From Candidatus Heimdallarchaeota archaeon (lineage in GTDB: Archaea; Asgardarchaeota; Heimdallarchaeia; Hodarchaeales; Hodarchaeaceae): DNA of 64,000 nucleotides. Shown piece after piece: positions 28,608-39,163 of this stretch. Position numbers and translations under genes: made by a program. The notes under the pieces are model-generated. The model was not told the DNA's origin and made no database searches. It saw nothing but the letters and a program-made list of their open reading frames with translations. Within the stretch, counting starts at the first letter, position 1. Every line of letters starts with the position of its first letter. Location: contig RDOB01000006.1 of NCBI GenBank assembly GCA_011364965.1, forward strand, positions 64,001-128,000. Direction: 5' to 3'.

Positions 28608-29537
28608 TTGCTTATGGTGAGTTGTTCTGATTCCACGATAAAATTCAATACTTCTGCTCTGGAAAGGATTGTAAATGAACCTCAAAAGGTTTTAAATGAA
28701 GAACAAGCCTTTTGGACTAATGAAAAAGCTCAAATATATACTAAAAACTGGGCCAAACATGTGAATTACGAGATTCAATATGATGAATGGAGAGAAAGTC
28801 TGCTTAAATGGCTAGAGGTGCCTCTTGAACAGCGAAAAAGCCATATGCTTATGAAAATGACTCAGAAGATAATCACAAATAAACAGAAGTTCGTAGAGAA
28901 AGCACTTCCATTTCTTTGTTCTTATTCTCCAATAAATATTGATTATAGTATAACAATTCATTTTACTGCATTTATACCTGTAAATGCATTCGCGATGGGT
29001 GAGATTGTTATAAATGTCACAGCTTCTTCTTGGAAAGAAAACGCAGCTAACATTTTGAATACGTTGGTACATGAGCTATATCATATTTGTTACTCTGATT
29101 GCCGACAATATCATCCGCAAGAGAAATATTCCGAAAACCTGATTTATAGTTTTCTTGATAATATTCATAATGAGGGTATTTGTACATATATTGGCTATAA
29201 TGCTCTGAAGATGTTTCCCGCTCCAGATATGGAGGATTATCAGTTATTGGAAGATATTGATGAGGTTAATAAGGCATTTCGTGTTGTAAATGGAATTTTT
29301 TCTGAAATAAGTATTCAATCAGAAGAAGAAGTCAGGAAAAAAGCATGGAAAGAAGGAGTACTAGGTAGAGCTTTTTATATATCAGGTGCTTTCATGTGCA
29401 AAGTAATCGAAAAAAAGTGTGGTAGAAAGGGTTTGATGGATACAATAATAAAAGGTCCCCTCGCTTTTGCAGAATTGTATAATTCTATAGCTATTACCAA
29501 ACTCCAACTAAAAATTGAAGCTATAAATAGAGTATGA
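28608..29537 (+). CDS. Putative Zn-dependent protease (DUF5700-like)
   Basis: HELYH zincin motif, NEGICTY, FYISG. Confidence 0.7.
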   Translation: MLMVSCSDSTIKFNTSALERIVNEPQKVLNEEQAFWTNEKAQIYTKNWAKHVNYEIQYDEWRESLLKWLEVPLEQRKSHMLMKMTQKIITNKQKFVEKALPFLCSYSPINIDYSITIHFTAFIPVNAFAMGEIVINVTASSWKENAANILNTLVHELYHICYSDCRQYHPQEKYSENLIYSFLDNIHNEGICTYIGYNALKMFPAPDMEDYQLLEDIDEVNKAFRVVNGIFSEISIQSEEEVRKKAWKEGVLGRAFYISGAFMCKVIEKKCGRKGLMDTIIKGPLAFAELYNSIAITKLQLKIEAINRV

Positions 29538-29661
29538 ATCTAGATACCTGCTACAAAAAATACAATATTTTTCTTTATCCTAATCCTATCTTAAAGGTAA
29601 AATTTTTGAAGAAGAACTATGCATTAAAGCCATAATTTTTATCACTTTCTTAGAATTTGAG

Positions 29662-31380
29662 ATGAGAAATATGGTTCAAATGACTGGAGGAGAAGTATTA
29701 GTTGGCTGTTTGAAAAAAGAACAGGTGAAATTTGTTCATGGAATACCAGGCGATCAATTATATCCTATCTTAGATGCAATCTATAACGATGAGTCGATTA
29801 GTTTTGTTAGCTATCGGCATGAGCAAGCAGCTGCAAATGCTGCTGATTCATGGGCTCGTGTCACAGGACAACCAGGAGTTTGTTTAGGAACAGTTGGGCC
29901 TGGAGCAGCTAACCTTATCGCAGGGGTATATCCAGCTTATGCTGATAGTATTCCAATGATAATTATTTGTGCTCAAAATCAAACATGGAATATCTACCCT
30001 GCACATGGTATGACACAGGATTTAGATCAAATTAATCTCTTTAAACCAATTACTAAGTGGCAGGCTGTCATTTCACACTGGAAGCGTATTCCCGAGCTTG
30101 TCCATTGGGCATTTCGTGTTGCAATTTCAGGTCGTCCCGGCCCAGTACTCCTAGACTGTCCTTCGGATGTTTTATTTGCTAAAAATGATATAAGTGAGCT
30201 CACGCACAAAATACTTGAACCACAGCATTATCGTGGCCTGAATAATCCTGTTGCCTCACTAAATGTGATTGAAAAGGCAGTTAGTATTCTATTGCAGGCT
30301 GAATATCCATTAATTCATGTTGGAGGTGGGGGTCTTGCATCAAATGCCTCTCTTGAGATTGCAGAGCTTGCTGAATATCTCCAGATCCCCGTTACAAGTA
30401 GTGTGTTTGCTCGGGGGATTTTACCTGATGATCATCCCTTAGTATTACTTCCTGTAAGTTATGGTGCAATTGCAGCACAATCCTGTGCAGATGTTGTATT
30501 ACTTGTTGGGGGACGAATGGGGGACATGGAGAATTGGGGAAGAGCGCCATTCTGGAATGAAGAAGGTAAAATTATTCAGCTTGATATAGATCCCCAGAAT
30601 TTAGGATTGAATACTAAAATCGAATTAGGTATTATTGGTGATGCGAAATTTACGATTAAAAACATGCTAGACGTGTTAAAACAAAGGGTAAAACCCGTTG
30701 AAGCACGGCCTATCTTGGAGGAATATAAAGATGCTGAAAAATCTTGGTTGACTGAATATGAAGCTTTAGGGAAATCTGATCAAAAACCTATCCATCCTCT
30801 TAGAGCAGTAAAGGAAATACGTAATTTTTTTCCCAGAAACGCTATTACAATTGTTGATGGTGGAAATACAGGTATTTGGTGTCATTATTTAAATCGTGTT
30901 TATGAACCTCGGACATTTCTATGGCCCGGTGACTCAGGACATTTAGGTGTTGGATTGGGTTATGCAATTGGCGCAAAATTAGCCAAGCCTAATAACAAAG
31001 TTTTTGCGATAATGGGAGATGGGTCTTTCATGTTCAATATTCAAGAGCTAGAAACCGCTAGACGTCTTGGATTAAATATTATCATATGTATTTTGAATGA
31101 TAGAGCATATGGTATGATCAAAGCTGGTCAAAAAGAAGTTTATGAAAAACGGTACATTGGAGTTGACTTTTTCGATGTGCATTATGATGAAATAGCGCAA
31201 GCTATGGATTGTTTTGGGATCCGAGTTGAAAACCCTTCTGAAATTCAACCAGCTTTGGTTTCTGCAGAAGAATCTAATTATCCAGCAGTAATAGATATAA
31301 TAATTGACCGAGACATAAATCTGGAACCACCTGACTTTACTACTTTGGCTGGTATCTGGTTGGAAGGTTGCTTGGATTGA
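29662..31380 (+). CDS. Thiamine-diphosphate enzyme, acetolactate synthase-like
   Basis: GIPG, RHEQAA, GPGAAN, GDGSF...LND.AYGM ThDP motif. Confidence 0.9.
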   Translation: MRNMVQMTGGEVLVGCLKKEQVKFVHGIPGDQLYPILDAIYNDESISFVSYRHEQAAANAADSWARVTGQPGVCLGTVGPGAANLIAGVYPAYADSIPMIIICAQNQTWNIYPAHGMTQDLDQINLFKPITKWQAVISHWKRIPELVHWAFRVAISGRPGPVLLDCPSDVLFAKNDISELTHKILEPQHYRGLNNPVASLNVIEKAVSILLQAEYPLIHVGGGGLASNASLEIAELAEYLQIPVTSSVFARGILPDDHPLVLLPVSYGAIAAQSCADVVLLVGGRMGDMENWGRAPFWNEEGKIIQLDIDPQNLGLNTKIELGIIGDAKFTIKNMLDVLKQRVKPVEARPILEEYKDAEKSWLTEYEALGKSDQKPIHPLRAVKEIRNFFPRNAITIVDGGNTGIWCHYLNRVYEPRTFLWPGDSGHLGVGLGYAIGAKLAKPNNKVFAIMGDGSFMFNIQELETARRLGLNIIICILNDRAYGMIKAGQKEVYEKRYIGVDFFDVHYDEIAQAMDCFGIRVENPSEIQPALVSAEESNYPAVIDIIIDRDINLEPPDFTTLAGIWLEGCLD

Positions 31381-31398
31381 GTCCAAACAAATTGTGAA

Positions 31399-32631
31399 TC
31401 AATTATCATTAAAAGTAAATACAGCTTTCACCATATTGTACTTATCTTTATTCATAGAATATCTAATCGCTTTTTTATATTCATTTGGAAAACGAAAACG
31501 GTGTGTGATCATCCAAGATAAGTCTAAATTATTATTACTAAGCATATGCAACGCTGTATCAAAAGCATGTTCAGATTTGGAATTGAATGTTTCCATACAA
31601 GATCCAAATGATCCCATTATATTTAATTCTCTAGCCCAAACTAATGACCAATCTATAGGAATTTTATGGGGATTACCAATTAACACAAACTTGCCTCCCG
31701 CTTTTGTCAGTCGCAAAGCATCCTCAATAGTGTTTGGTAAACCAACACATTCAAAAACAAGGTCAGCTCCCCCACCGACTAGCAAAGGTTTTTTCTCTAG
31801 AATTGGATGGTATTCTCGTAACCTTAATCTTTTTGAAAGAACGGAAAAGTAATCTTTTTCCACTTTAGTATATTCTGTAGCTCCACATTTTTCAACGGCC
31901 ATTTTTCCCCTTACTTCATTGGTATCAAGAGCAATAATCTTCGCTTTACTCCCTAATGCTCGTAAAGCTAATAAAACCATTAATCCAATAACTCCAGTTC
32001 CTATAACTAAAACTGTATCAGAATTATTAGGAAAATGTCTCATTACTGCATGCAAACCAATTGTGAATGGCTCTACCAATACTGCATTATCATCGGTAAC
32101 GTACTTAGGGACTTTATGAAGTTGCGTATGATGTGCTAAATAGGCTGAACTGAATGCCCCACCCGTAGAATTACACCATCCCGTATCGAACCCTGGTCTG
32201 ATGTTTCCCCTATCAAAGTTATTACACCTAACAAAGTCCCCATTTTTACAATTCTGACATACTGGTACAATTCCTCTTACACGACAACTCAAGATAGGAT
32301 CTAAAACTACTCGATCTCCCTCTTCCAGATGCGCAACTTCTTCGTTTACTTCTGATACTAATCCAACACTTTCATGGCCTAAAACCGATGGAAAAGAGCA
32401 AAGAGGTTCTAACAAAGGACTTTCACGAAGCAAAATAGTGTTAATATCTGAACCGCATATCCCAGTTAAAATTGGACTTACTTTTACCCATCCAGGTATC
32501 GTTTTAGGTTCTGGAATAGTGTCTAATTTAGTAGGAGAGAAAAAATTATAATAAGCGAGGGAAGATATTTTACTTAAAGCTTTTGTAGTCAAATATCTTG
32601 GAATAGAGGCGTGAAACCGAAGCGCTTGCAT
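31399..32631 (-). CDS. Zn-dependent medium-chain dehydrogenase
   Basis: GICGSD, LGHE, Cys cluster, GTGVIG. Confidence 0.88.
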   Translation of the reverse strand: MQALRFHASIPRYLTTKALSKISSLAYYNFFSPTKLDTIPEPKTIPGWVKVSPILTGICGSDINTILLRESPLLEPLCSFPSVLGHESVGLVSEVNEEVAHLEEGDRVVLDPILSCRVRGIVPVCQNCKNGDFVRCNNFDRGNIRPGFDTGWCNSTGGAFSSAYLAHHTQLHKVPKYVTDDNAVLVEPFTIGLHAVMRHFPNNSDTVLVIGTGVIGLMVLLALRALGSKAKIIALDTNEVRGKMAVEKCGATEYTKVEKDYFSVLSKRLRLREYHPILEKKPLLVGGGADLVFECVGLPNTIEDALRLTKAGGKFVLIGNPHKIPIDWSLVWARELNIMGSFGSCMETFNSKSEHAFDTALHMLSNNNLDLSWMITHRFRFPNEYKKAIRYSMNKDKYNMVKAVFTFNDN

Positions 32632-32691
32632 AGAAATAATTGACTACATACTTTAATATAGATTTTTCTTACTTGAGTGCTTTCAAGTTAA

Positions 32692-33549
32692 TTATCTTTT
32701 TCCTTTTAGGAAGGAAATTAAACATTTATTATATTCTTCAGGATCATCTTGATGCACCCAATGGGACGCGTTTTCAAAAGTAATCAGTTTACAATCAGTA
32801 CACATATCCACACTTAGTTTAGCCATTTCATAGCTCAGATGGGGGTCTTTTTTCCCCCATAAAATTAGGGTTGGAATATCCACTTTTAAGGATCGTGCTT
32901 TGGTTGAGAACTTTTTTCCAAAGGCTCTGTACCAATTGATCATACTTGTAATTGCATTAGGTTGAGACCAAGCATCTCTGTATCGATCACGCTGCTCTTT
33001 TGATAATCCTTTGGCCATTGCTGTTGATAAAAATTTCCAGTTCCTTACTCGAAGTATTTTTTCTGGAATAATTGGAATCTTAAAAAAAAATGTATACCAG
33101 CTCTTTCTCATTTGTGAAAAATGACTTCTTAGGAAATCATTCATAATTTTGGGGTGGGGTACATTTGAAATCACTAGACTATCTACTCGTTCAGGATAAT
33201 ATATCGCTATCCACCAAGCAACCATTGCTCCAAAATCATGTCCCACTAAATGAAACGTTTTCAGATTAAGTTTCTCTGCTAATCCCAAGATATCCTTAAC
33301 TAGTAGTTCCATTCGATAATTTTCTTTTCCTCTTGGTTTATCGCTTCTGTTATAACCTCGTTGATCTGGAGCAATTACCCTGAATCCTTCAGTAGTCAAA
33401 GTAGAGATTTGAGATTCCCAACTAAACCACGCATCTGGAAATCCATGTAATAAGATTATAGGTACTCCATCCTCGGGACCAGCTAAGGCTGCATGAAGTT
33501 TGAGGTCTTCAATTTCAATATATTTAAGTTCGACTACCATCCATTTCAC
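32692..33549 (-). CDS. Epoxide hydrolase-like alpha/beta hydrolase
   Basis: LHGFPD, DQRGY, GHDFGA, SWY, ASHWVH. Confidence 0.9.
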   Translation of the reverse strand: MKWMVVELKYIEIEDLKLHAALAGPEDGVPIILLHGFPDAWFSWESQISTLTTEGFRVIAPDQRGYNRSDKPRGKENYRMELLVKDILGLAEKLNLKTFHLVGHDFGAMVAWWIAIYYPERVDSLVISNVPHPKIMNDFLRSHFSQMRKSWYTFFFKIPIIPEKILRVRNWKFLSTAMAKGLSKEQRDRYRDAWSQPNAITSMINWYRAFGKKFSTKARSLKVDIPTLILWGKKDPHLSYEMAKLSVDMCTDCKLITFENASHWVHQDDPEEYNKCLISFLKGKR

Positions 33550-33675
33550 ATACTTGGTTGTTTTATCAAGATAAAGTAATCCTTTTGCACTCTAAACACT
33601 TTTTTTAAGACATTCCTGAATCCTAAGATTAAAGTTCTTTTAAAATTTTATTATTAGATCAAAGGAAGTTGGAAA

Positions 33676-34989
33676 ATGAAAGGCCAAAATATGGAAGAAA
33701 CTCAATCAAGGATATCTAAGAGCCAAATACTCTACCCTTTTACCATTATTCTATTGATGTTGGCTGTATTTAATCTTGCAGGGAATATTTTTTCCTTGAT
33801 TTTCTTCCTTTTACAGTCTTCTGGATTTGCATTTACTGAGGACACAGCTACTCTTCTAAGTCTAGCTTTAAATCTCATTGCTGAAATAGGTCTCATTTTG
33901 ATATTCTTTTTTCTTCTATGGCGGAAGAAGCTTGAACCTGAGGAAAAAAACATGCCTGAGACAAAACCCTTACTCTTTACTTATTTGGTGTATAGTGCGG
34001 AGAGCTGTTTCTTATTTGGGGTTTTACCAATAATTGCTGAATTTCTCTCGAAATTTGAGGAAGTTACAAGTCCCTATGAAAGTTTTTTTCCCACTGTTAC
34101 CCTTCTCTCAATGCCGATCTATTACATCCTTTTCTTTGGAGTGCTTTCATTTGGAGCTGCAATTTCAGAGGAATTAGCATTTAGACGAACGTTAATTCCA
34201 ATGCTAGAAAGGCGAGGTTTAGGGACTTTTTGGGTTTTATTGATATCTGGACTGATGTTTTCTCTGATGCACACTCCTGCAGATTTATTGAATGGTACGT
34301 GGACATACGCAATAGTTCATTTTTGTAGCACGTTTATTGGAGGCGTTGCACTTGGTTTCGTTTATGTAAGGACACGCAATGTAATATATCCAATTCTCTT
34401 ACATGGATTCTCAAATGGGTTCAGTGGATTGCTGCAAATTGCTGTAGTACAACTTGAAATGGGAGAAACTACACTTTTTAACTTTGGGGCTTTGTGGATA
34501 GTGATAACAATCCTTTTAGGAGGTGTTATTGTTGGATACACATTAATTCAACTTTATCAACATCGTAGACATCCTAACGCACCTGCATGGATCCAATTAC
34601 TAACTGATCGAAAAGTAGTAATAAAAAATCTAAAGCTTATCTCTCTCTTTGCCCTGATCTTTATCTTAATTCAAGGAGGTTTTGATATCATTCTTGATCT
34701 TGTATTTAGCCTTTGGGAACCATCTCTTGAGGTTATTTTTTTTGAATCTGTTGCTAATTTATTGGTAATAATTGGTTTAATAGTTCTAACTAGTTATTTT
34801 ATTTGGTATATATCTTCACCACTTAAGATTCCAATATTTGTATCCGAGATTAGACCATATGAAAAAATGAGTATATATCAATATCCCAAAGAGGTATTTA
34901 GAAAGAATCGTTTATGTCCGTCTTGTGGTCAAGAAATTCCCAGTTATAATAGATTCTGTATTTACTGTGGCCAGAGCTTAAATGATTGA
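33676..34989 (+). CDS. CPBP (Rce1/Abi, CAAX-type) intramembrane protease with C-terminal Zn ribbon
   Basis: SEELAFR, FSLMH, LLHGFSN; CPSCG...CIYCG tail. Confidence 0.85.
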   Translation: MKGQNMEETQSRISKSQILYPFTIILLMLAVFNLAGNIFSLIFFLLQSSGFAFTEDTATLLSLALNLIAEIGLILIFFFLLWRKKLEPEEKNMPETKPLLFTYLVYSAESCFLFGVLPIIAEFLSKFEEVTSPYESFFPTVTLLSMPIYYILFFGVLSFGAAISEELAFRRTLIPMLERRGLGTFWVLLISGLMFSLMHTPADLLNGTWTYAIVHFCSTFIGGVALGFVYVRTRNVIYPILLHGFSNGFSGLLQIAVVQLEMGETTLFNFGALWIVITILLGGVIVGYTLIQLYQHRRHPNAPAWIQLLTDRKVVIKNLKLISLFALIFILIQGGFDIILDLVFSLWEPSLEVIFFESVANLLVIIGLIVLTSYFIWYISSPLKIPIFVSEIRPYEKMSIYQYPKEVFRKNRLCPSCGQEIPSYNRFCIYCGQSLND

Positions 34990-35013
34990 GAGAAGAAGGA
35001 CATTCTCCTCTTC
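34990..35013. terminator. Possible bidirectional terminator between convergent genes
   Basis: GAAGAAGGA...TCCTCTTC imperfect inverted repeat. Confidence 0.3.
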
Positions 35014-35021
35014 AAACACCT

Positions 35022-35525
35022 TCATTTTATTTTATATCCAATTGTTCTAAGGAAAGACTTTCTCTTTTGAATATCTAATTCAGTTTCAATTCCCTTGGGG
35101 GAATTTCCATCTATTACTCCTAGAATCGCTCCTCCCTGTTCCGAACGGGCAATCACGACCTGAGCTGGGTTCGCTGTTGCGCAAAATGTGCTTACAACCT
35201 CTGAAACAGCCTGAACGCGTTTCAAGATGTTTATAGGGAACGAGTTTTTAAAATAAATAATAAATGTGTGTCCTGCGCTGATTTTCATTAGCATTTCTGA
35301 AGCTACCTCTTCTAGCTTTGGATCATTCCCAGCATGCCTTATCAAACAAGGTCCTGAGGCCTCAGAGAAAGCTAACCCGAACTTGATTCCGAATGAACTC
35401 TCAATAACCGCTTCATATAGATCTTCAACAGTTTTTATAAAGTGAGACTGACCTAAGATAATATTTGTTCCGTCTTCAGGAAATTCTAATTCTATTAGGC
35501 TTAATTCAATCATTTTGATCACCAA
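35022..35525 (-). CDS. Adenosine-specific kinase (DUF355)
   Basis: NIILGQSHFIKTVEDLYE, FSEASG, CATANP, GVIDG. Confidence 0.93.
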   Translation of the reverse strand: MVIKMIELSLIELEFPEDGTNIILGQSHFIKTVEDLYEAVIESSFGIKFGLAFSEASGPCLIRHAGNDPKLEEVASEMLMKISAGHTFIIYFKNSFPINILKRVQAVSEVVSTFCATANPAQVVIARSEQGGAILGVIDGNSPKGIETELDIQKRKSFLRTIGYKIK

Positions 35526-35679
35526 AATTTATATGGAAAACATACTCACATCTTCTCTTGTACTTTTCGAATATTTGTCTTCCTAAAGACTCTGCCTAGT
35601 TTTTATTAACCACATAATTTTGTGGGAAAAATTACCTCGGAATCAGTTTTTCGTATTTTAGCATAAAGAGGTTTAAACA

Positions 35680-36978
35680 GTGAGTACCAATTCCCAGCAA
35701 AAAAGTCGGATTCTAAATTTTCTGCCATTTAAATACCCTAATTTTGGAAAGTTATTCTTCGGACAACTGATTTCAAACATTGGCTCTCAATTTTCATATA
35801 TAGCACTACAATTCCTTGTATATGATTTAACAGGGGAAATAGGTGCTATGGCCTTGCTAGCAATATCAGAAACAATTCCGATGATTCTAATTGGTCCATT
35901 CGCAGGAATTATTATAGATCGAGTTGATCGCAAATATGCAATGATATTTGCAAATTTATCCCAATCTATTATAATTGGCTTAATCCCATTTACAGCATTT
36001 CTCCCCAACCGAATATTTTGGGTTTTTCTTCTAGCTTTTCTCAATTCTACTTGTAATAGATTTTTTTTCCCTGCACGAGGAGCATCTATACCCAAATTAA
36101 TAGATAAAAAAGAAGATTTATTTGCTGCGAATTCACTGAGCGCAGGAGCGTATCAGGTATCAGCTTTAATCGGTCCAATGCTAGCTGGCATCAGTTTAGG
36201 ATTTATCGGTTATGATCTCCCTTTTATATTTGACTCTATCTCCTTTATTATTTCTGCTGTATTTATTTTCTCTATACCACTGAATTTAAAAGCTGATAAA
36301 CAATCAGAGAGTAGTCCGTTAACCGATTTAATCGAAGGTGGAAATTTTATACTTCATTATGCTCCCATTCTCTATCTTCTAGTAATATTTTCTATTTTAA
36401 TGTTTGCAGGAGGAGGATCACTGATACTGATAATCCCTTATTTAGAAGAAGTATTTGGTTTCACTGAGACTGGTCCCAGAGAATTTGTATATGGAGTAAT
36501 GACTGCTATGTCTGCTTCAGTTGGAATGACAGCTGCGTTGTTATTATCTCGTAAAAAACGGCTGAATAGGCCTATATTGGTCATTACGATTTCTTTAATG
36601 ATTGCTGGTTTTATGTTAATAGGGTTTAGTCTCTCGCCCAACATTTACGTTTTAGGATTTTTTTGGATTGGTTTTGGGACAATTGAAGTTTTGGTGGGTA
36701 TACCACTGCAAACACTAGCACAAGAAACCGTTCCTGATCAATTACGAGGAAAAACATTTTCTTTTATTAATTTAAGTATCACCATTTCTCAGATTTTGGG
36801 AATGGGATTAGTTGGAATACTTGCGGAAAGTCCTTTAGGAATCCGAGGTAGTTTATTTGCCAATGGGGTTTTTTTATTAATTGCATTTGTATTTGGAGTC
36901 AACTGGATTACAAGAAAAAGACTAGATGCACAAGCTGAAGAGAAGCGAGTTCTTTTTCACCAATCATCGGGTGAATAA
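35680..36978 (+). CDS. MFS transporter (DHA3/macrolide efflux-like)
   Basis: GQLISNIG, GIIIDRVDRK, about 12 TM. Confidence 0.88.
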   Translation: MSTNSQQKSRILNFLPFKYPNFGKLFFGQLISNIGSQFSYIALQFLVYDLTGEIGAMALLAISETIPMILIGPFAGIIIDRVDRKYAMIFANLSQSIIIGLIPFTAFLPNRIFWVFLLAFLNSTCNRFFFPARGASIPKLIDKKEDLFAANSLSAGAYQVSALIGPMLAGISLGFIGYDLPFIFDSISFIISAVFIFSIPLNLKADKQSESSPLTDLIEGGNFILHYAPILYLLVIFSILMFAGGGSLILIIPYLEEVFGFTETGPREFVYGVMTAMSASVGMTAALLLSRKKRLNRPILVITISLMIAGFMLIGFSLSPNIYVLGFFWIGFGTIEVLVGIPLQTLAQETVPDQLRGKTFSFINLSITISQILGMGLVGILAESPLGIRGSLFANGVFLLIAFVFGVNWITRKRLDAQAEEKRVLFHQSSGE

Positions 36979-38559
36979 TTATGAAACCTGTTCAATTTTA
37001 GCATCGGTTAGTTTCGCATATTCTTGGACTTTTTCCTCTTCGCTTGTACCTTTTAAAACCAATACATATTCTATGCAACCTCGTGCTCGTTCTCGTCTTT
37101 GAGTCATATCATCGAGGTTACTAGTTATATCTAGATGTATGACCACGTCAGCAGCATCTAAGTTGAGACCACGTCCCCCTACTGGAGTGAAAATAAGTAC
37201 ATTTGTATCTTGGTTCTGAAATTGATCTAATATTATCCGTCTGGAATCCTCTGGAGTTTTACCTGTCAAATACCTTACTCCAGGAAAACCTAGAGCTTTT
37301 GTAAGAAGCATATTTGTTTGTTCCCCCAAAGCAATATACCTTGTAAATAAAATTACTTTTGCTCCACGTATTAGATGTTCATGAATAAGATCTATCGCTA
37401 TATCAACTTTTGGATTAATCAAACCTCTCATTGTAGTTTCTTCAGGTTTGTCATAGCGCGGAAGTTCTGATCGATGTGAAATAATAACTGAAGCTAGATC
37501 AAGGAAGTTCTGAAATAGTTCTACGTTTTCATCAGCTTTAATATATTTCAAGAATTCTCCTGGAGTCGAATCGAGGAGTAATAGTCTAGCATGGGTTAAT
37601 TTAAAGAGTTGGACAAAAGCACTTATTAGTTGTTCACGGGATTCATTATCCTGTACGGTGTATTTTGCAATCCGAATCGGAAAGTTCATTTGTGGATCTT
37701 GAAGACGATCTAATACCCCTCCATATGATAATTTAATGATTTCAAGACGAGTGAGGGCTGGATCAAGGATTTCTTGGATAGTACCGATCGGTTTTGTAAG
37801 AGTAGAAGAAATCAGCTGGTCAATTTGACGGTAATCCTCTCGATTAATTTCCCTGATTTGAGTTAAGACTTCATAGGGACTAAGATCAGGTCTTTGCATA
37901 ATATGTGTTCCTTCTCCCAGAATTTTAGCGATATTTTCTACTCGGAATGGATCTCGTGAACCAGTCATTGCTAGAATTGGAAAGTTTCCTAATTGAGATC
38001 TTACAGAAAATAGTTCTTCAAAGAATTTAGACAGCCGAAAACCTGTCATGGATCGAGCGAGTAAATCAGTTGCCTCATCAATACATACTAAATCAATTGC
38101 CTTCAAAATGTCAACATTTAAACGAGATTTTATTTGAAAACGATCATTCATTAGACTAGTAATCGGTGTAAAGATGGCGGTTGATGCAGTATACATTTTT
38201 GTTTTTTGAGCCAATCCCAATCCTTTTCCCCCGGATCTTGGGTCAAAAATATAACCCAGTTGATCAATAAACCCAAATTTCTTTGCCATATCAAGTGCCT
38301 GTCTACATCGAAGTGCTGCAGCTTCTCGAGCTGAGGTGAAGATAAATTTGGCTTTTGGATTGGTTTTTCGGAGATATAGAAATGTTAATAAAGCGATAAT
38401 TGTTTTTCCAGTGCCATATGGATAATTTAATAAAACTGACTGGGGAATTTGACTTACTATTTCTTTAGTGGCTGTAATTTGGTATTCCCTATTATCTATG
38501 GTGAGTCCATGAACTATCTCTGAAAAATCTAACTTGTTTGCCATTATCGCCAAGCTCAA
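36979..38559 (-). CDS. Hef/FANCM-like SF2 helicase lacking a nuclease domain, divergent motifs
   Basis: REYQ, YPYGTGKT, DEAT, MTGS, NPKV, ILFTRY, VGGRGLNL, QRRERAR. Confidence 0.75.
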   Translation of the reverse strand: MSLAIMANKLDFSEIVHGLTIDNREYQITATKEIVSQIPQSVLLNYPYGTGKTIIALLTFLYLRKTNPKAKFIFTSAREAAALRCRQALDMAKKFGFIDQLGYIFDPRSGGKGLGLAQKTKMYTASTAIFTPITSLMNDRFQIKSRLNVDILKAIDLVCIDEATDLLARSMTGFRLSKFFEELFSVRSQLGNFPILAMTGSRDPFRVENIAKILGEGTHIMQRPDLSPYEVLTQIREINREDYRQIDQLISSTLTKPIGTIQEILDPALTRLEIIKLSYGGVLDRLQDPQMNFPIRIAKYTVQDNESREQLISAFVQLFKLTHARLLLLDSTPGEFLKYIKADENVELFQNFLDLASVIISHRSELPRYDKPEETTMRGLINPKVDIAIDLIHEHLIRGAKVILFTRYIALGEQTNMLLTKALGFPGVRYLTGKTPEDSRRIILDQFQNQDTNVLIFTPVGGRGLNLDAADVVIHLDITSNLDDMTQRRERARGCIEYVLVLKGTSEEEKVQEYAKLTDAKIEQVS

Positions 38560-38624
38560 ATAGAATAAGAGGGAGAGCTACTTTTAAAAGCTGTGGAAAA
38601 TTATGAAAACTTTAATTTACACAA

Positions 38625-39146
38625 ATGACAAAGGAATTGGCAATGGAGAAATTAATTGCTACATTGAGAGATAGACGACTGGGAATTCAATATATTTTGA
38701 AAATGGTACCTTTAGAGATCTGGGATTGGAAACCTTCCTCTGAGATGCGTAGTACTGCTGAGTTAGCAAATCATTTAGCTTGTGCTCCATTATCTCTTCT
38801 TGAAGGAGTAAAAGGTTATCTTGGAGATGAACAAAGCTATATTAAACTTGAAGAGAATAATTTGCCATTTAATGCTCAAGGATTAGTAAAAACTTATGAT
38901 GAAGGACTAAATAAATTACTGAGTTACCTCGAGGCTCACATTGATGATGCACATGAGAAAACAATTCAATTCTTTTATCAAAAAACAAAATCTTCATTGT
39001 ATAATGAAGTATTTGGCGAAATCGGGCATGAATGGTTTCATCTTGGGCAATTGTTTACATATTTGAAGCAAAATGGGGTGAATTTGGATATGGGAGCTTA
39101 TTATGGCTATAAGGATCCTGATCCTTCTCGATATCCGAATTCTTAA
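38625..39146 (+). CDS. DinB/YfiT family protein
   Basis: WDWKP..MRS..ELANHLA; HEWFHLGQLFTYL. Confidence 0.85.
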   Translation: MTKELAMEKLIATLRDRRLGIQYILKMVPLEIWDWKPSSEMRSTAELANHLACAPLSLLEGVKGYLGDEQSYIKLEENNLPFNAQGLVKTYDEGLNKLLSYLEAHIDDAHEKTIQFFYQKTKSSLYNEVFGEIGHEWFHLGQLFTYLKQNGVNLDMGAYYGYKDPDPSRYPNS

Positions 39147-39163
39147 AATATAACCTTAAATAA

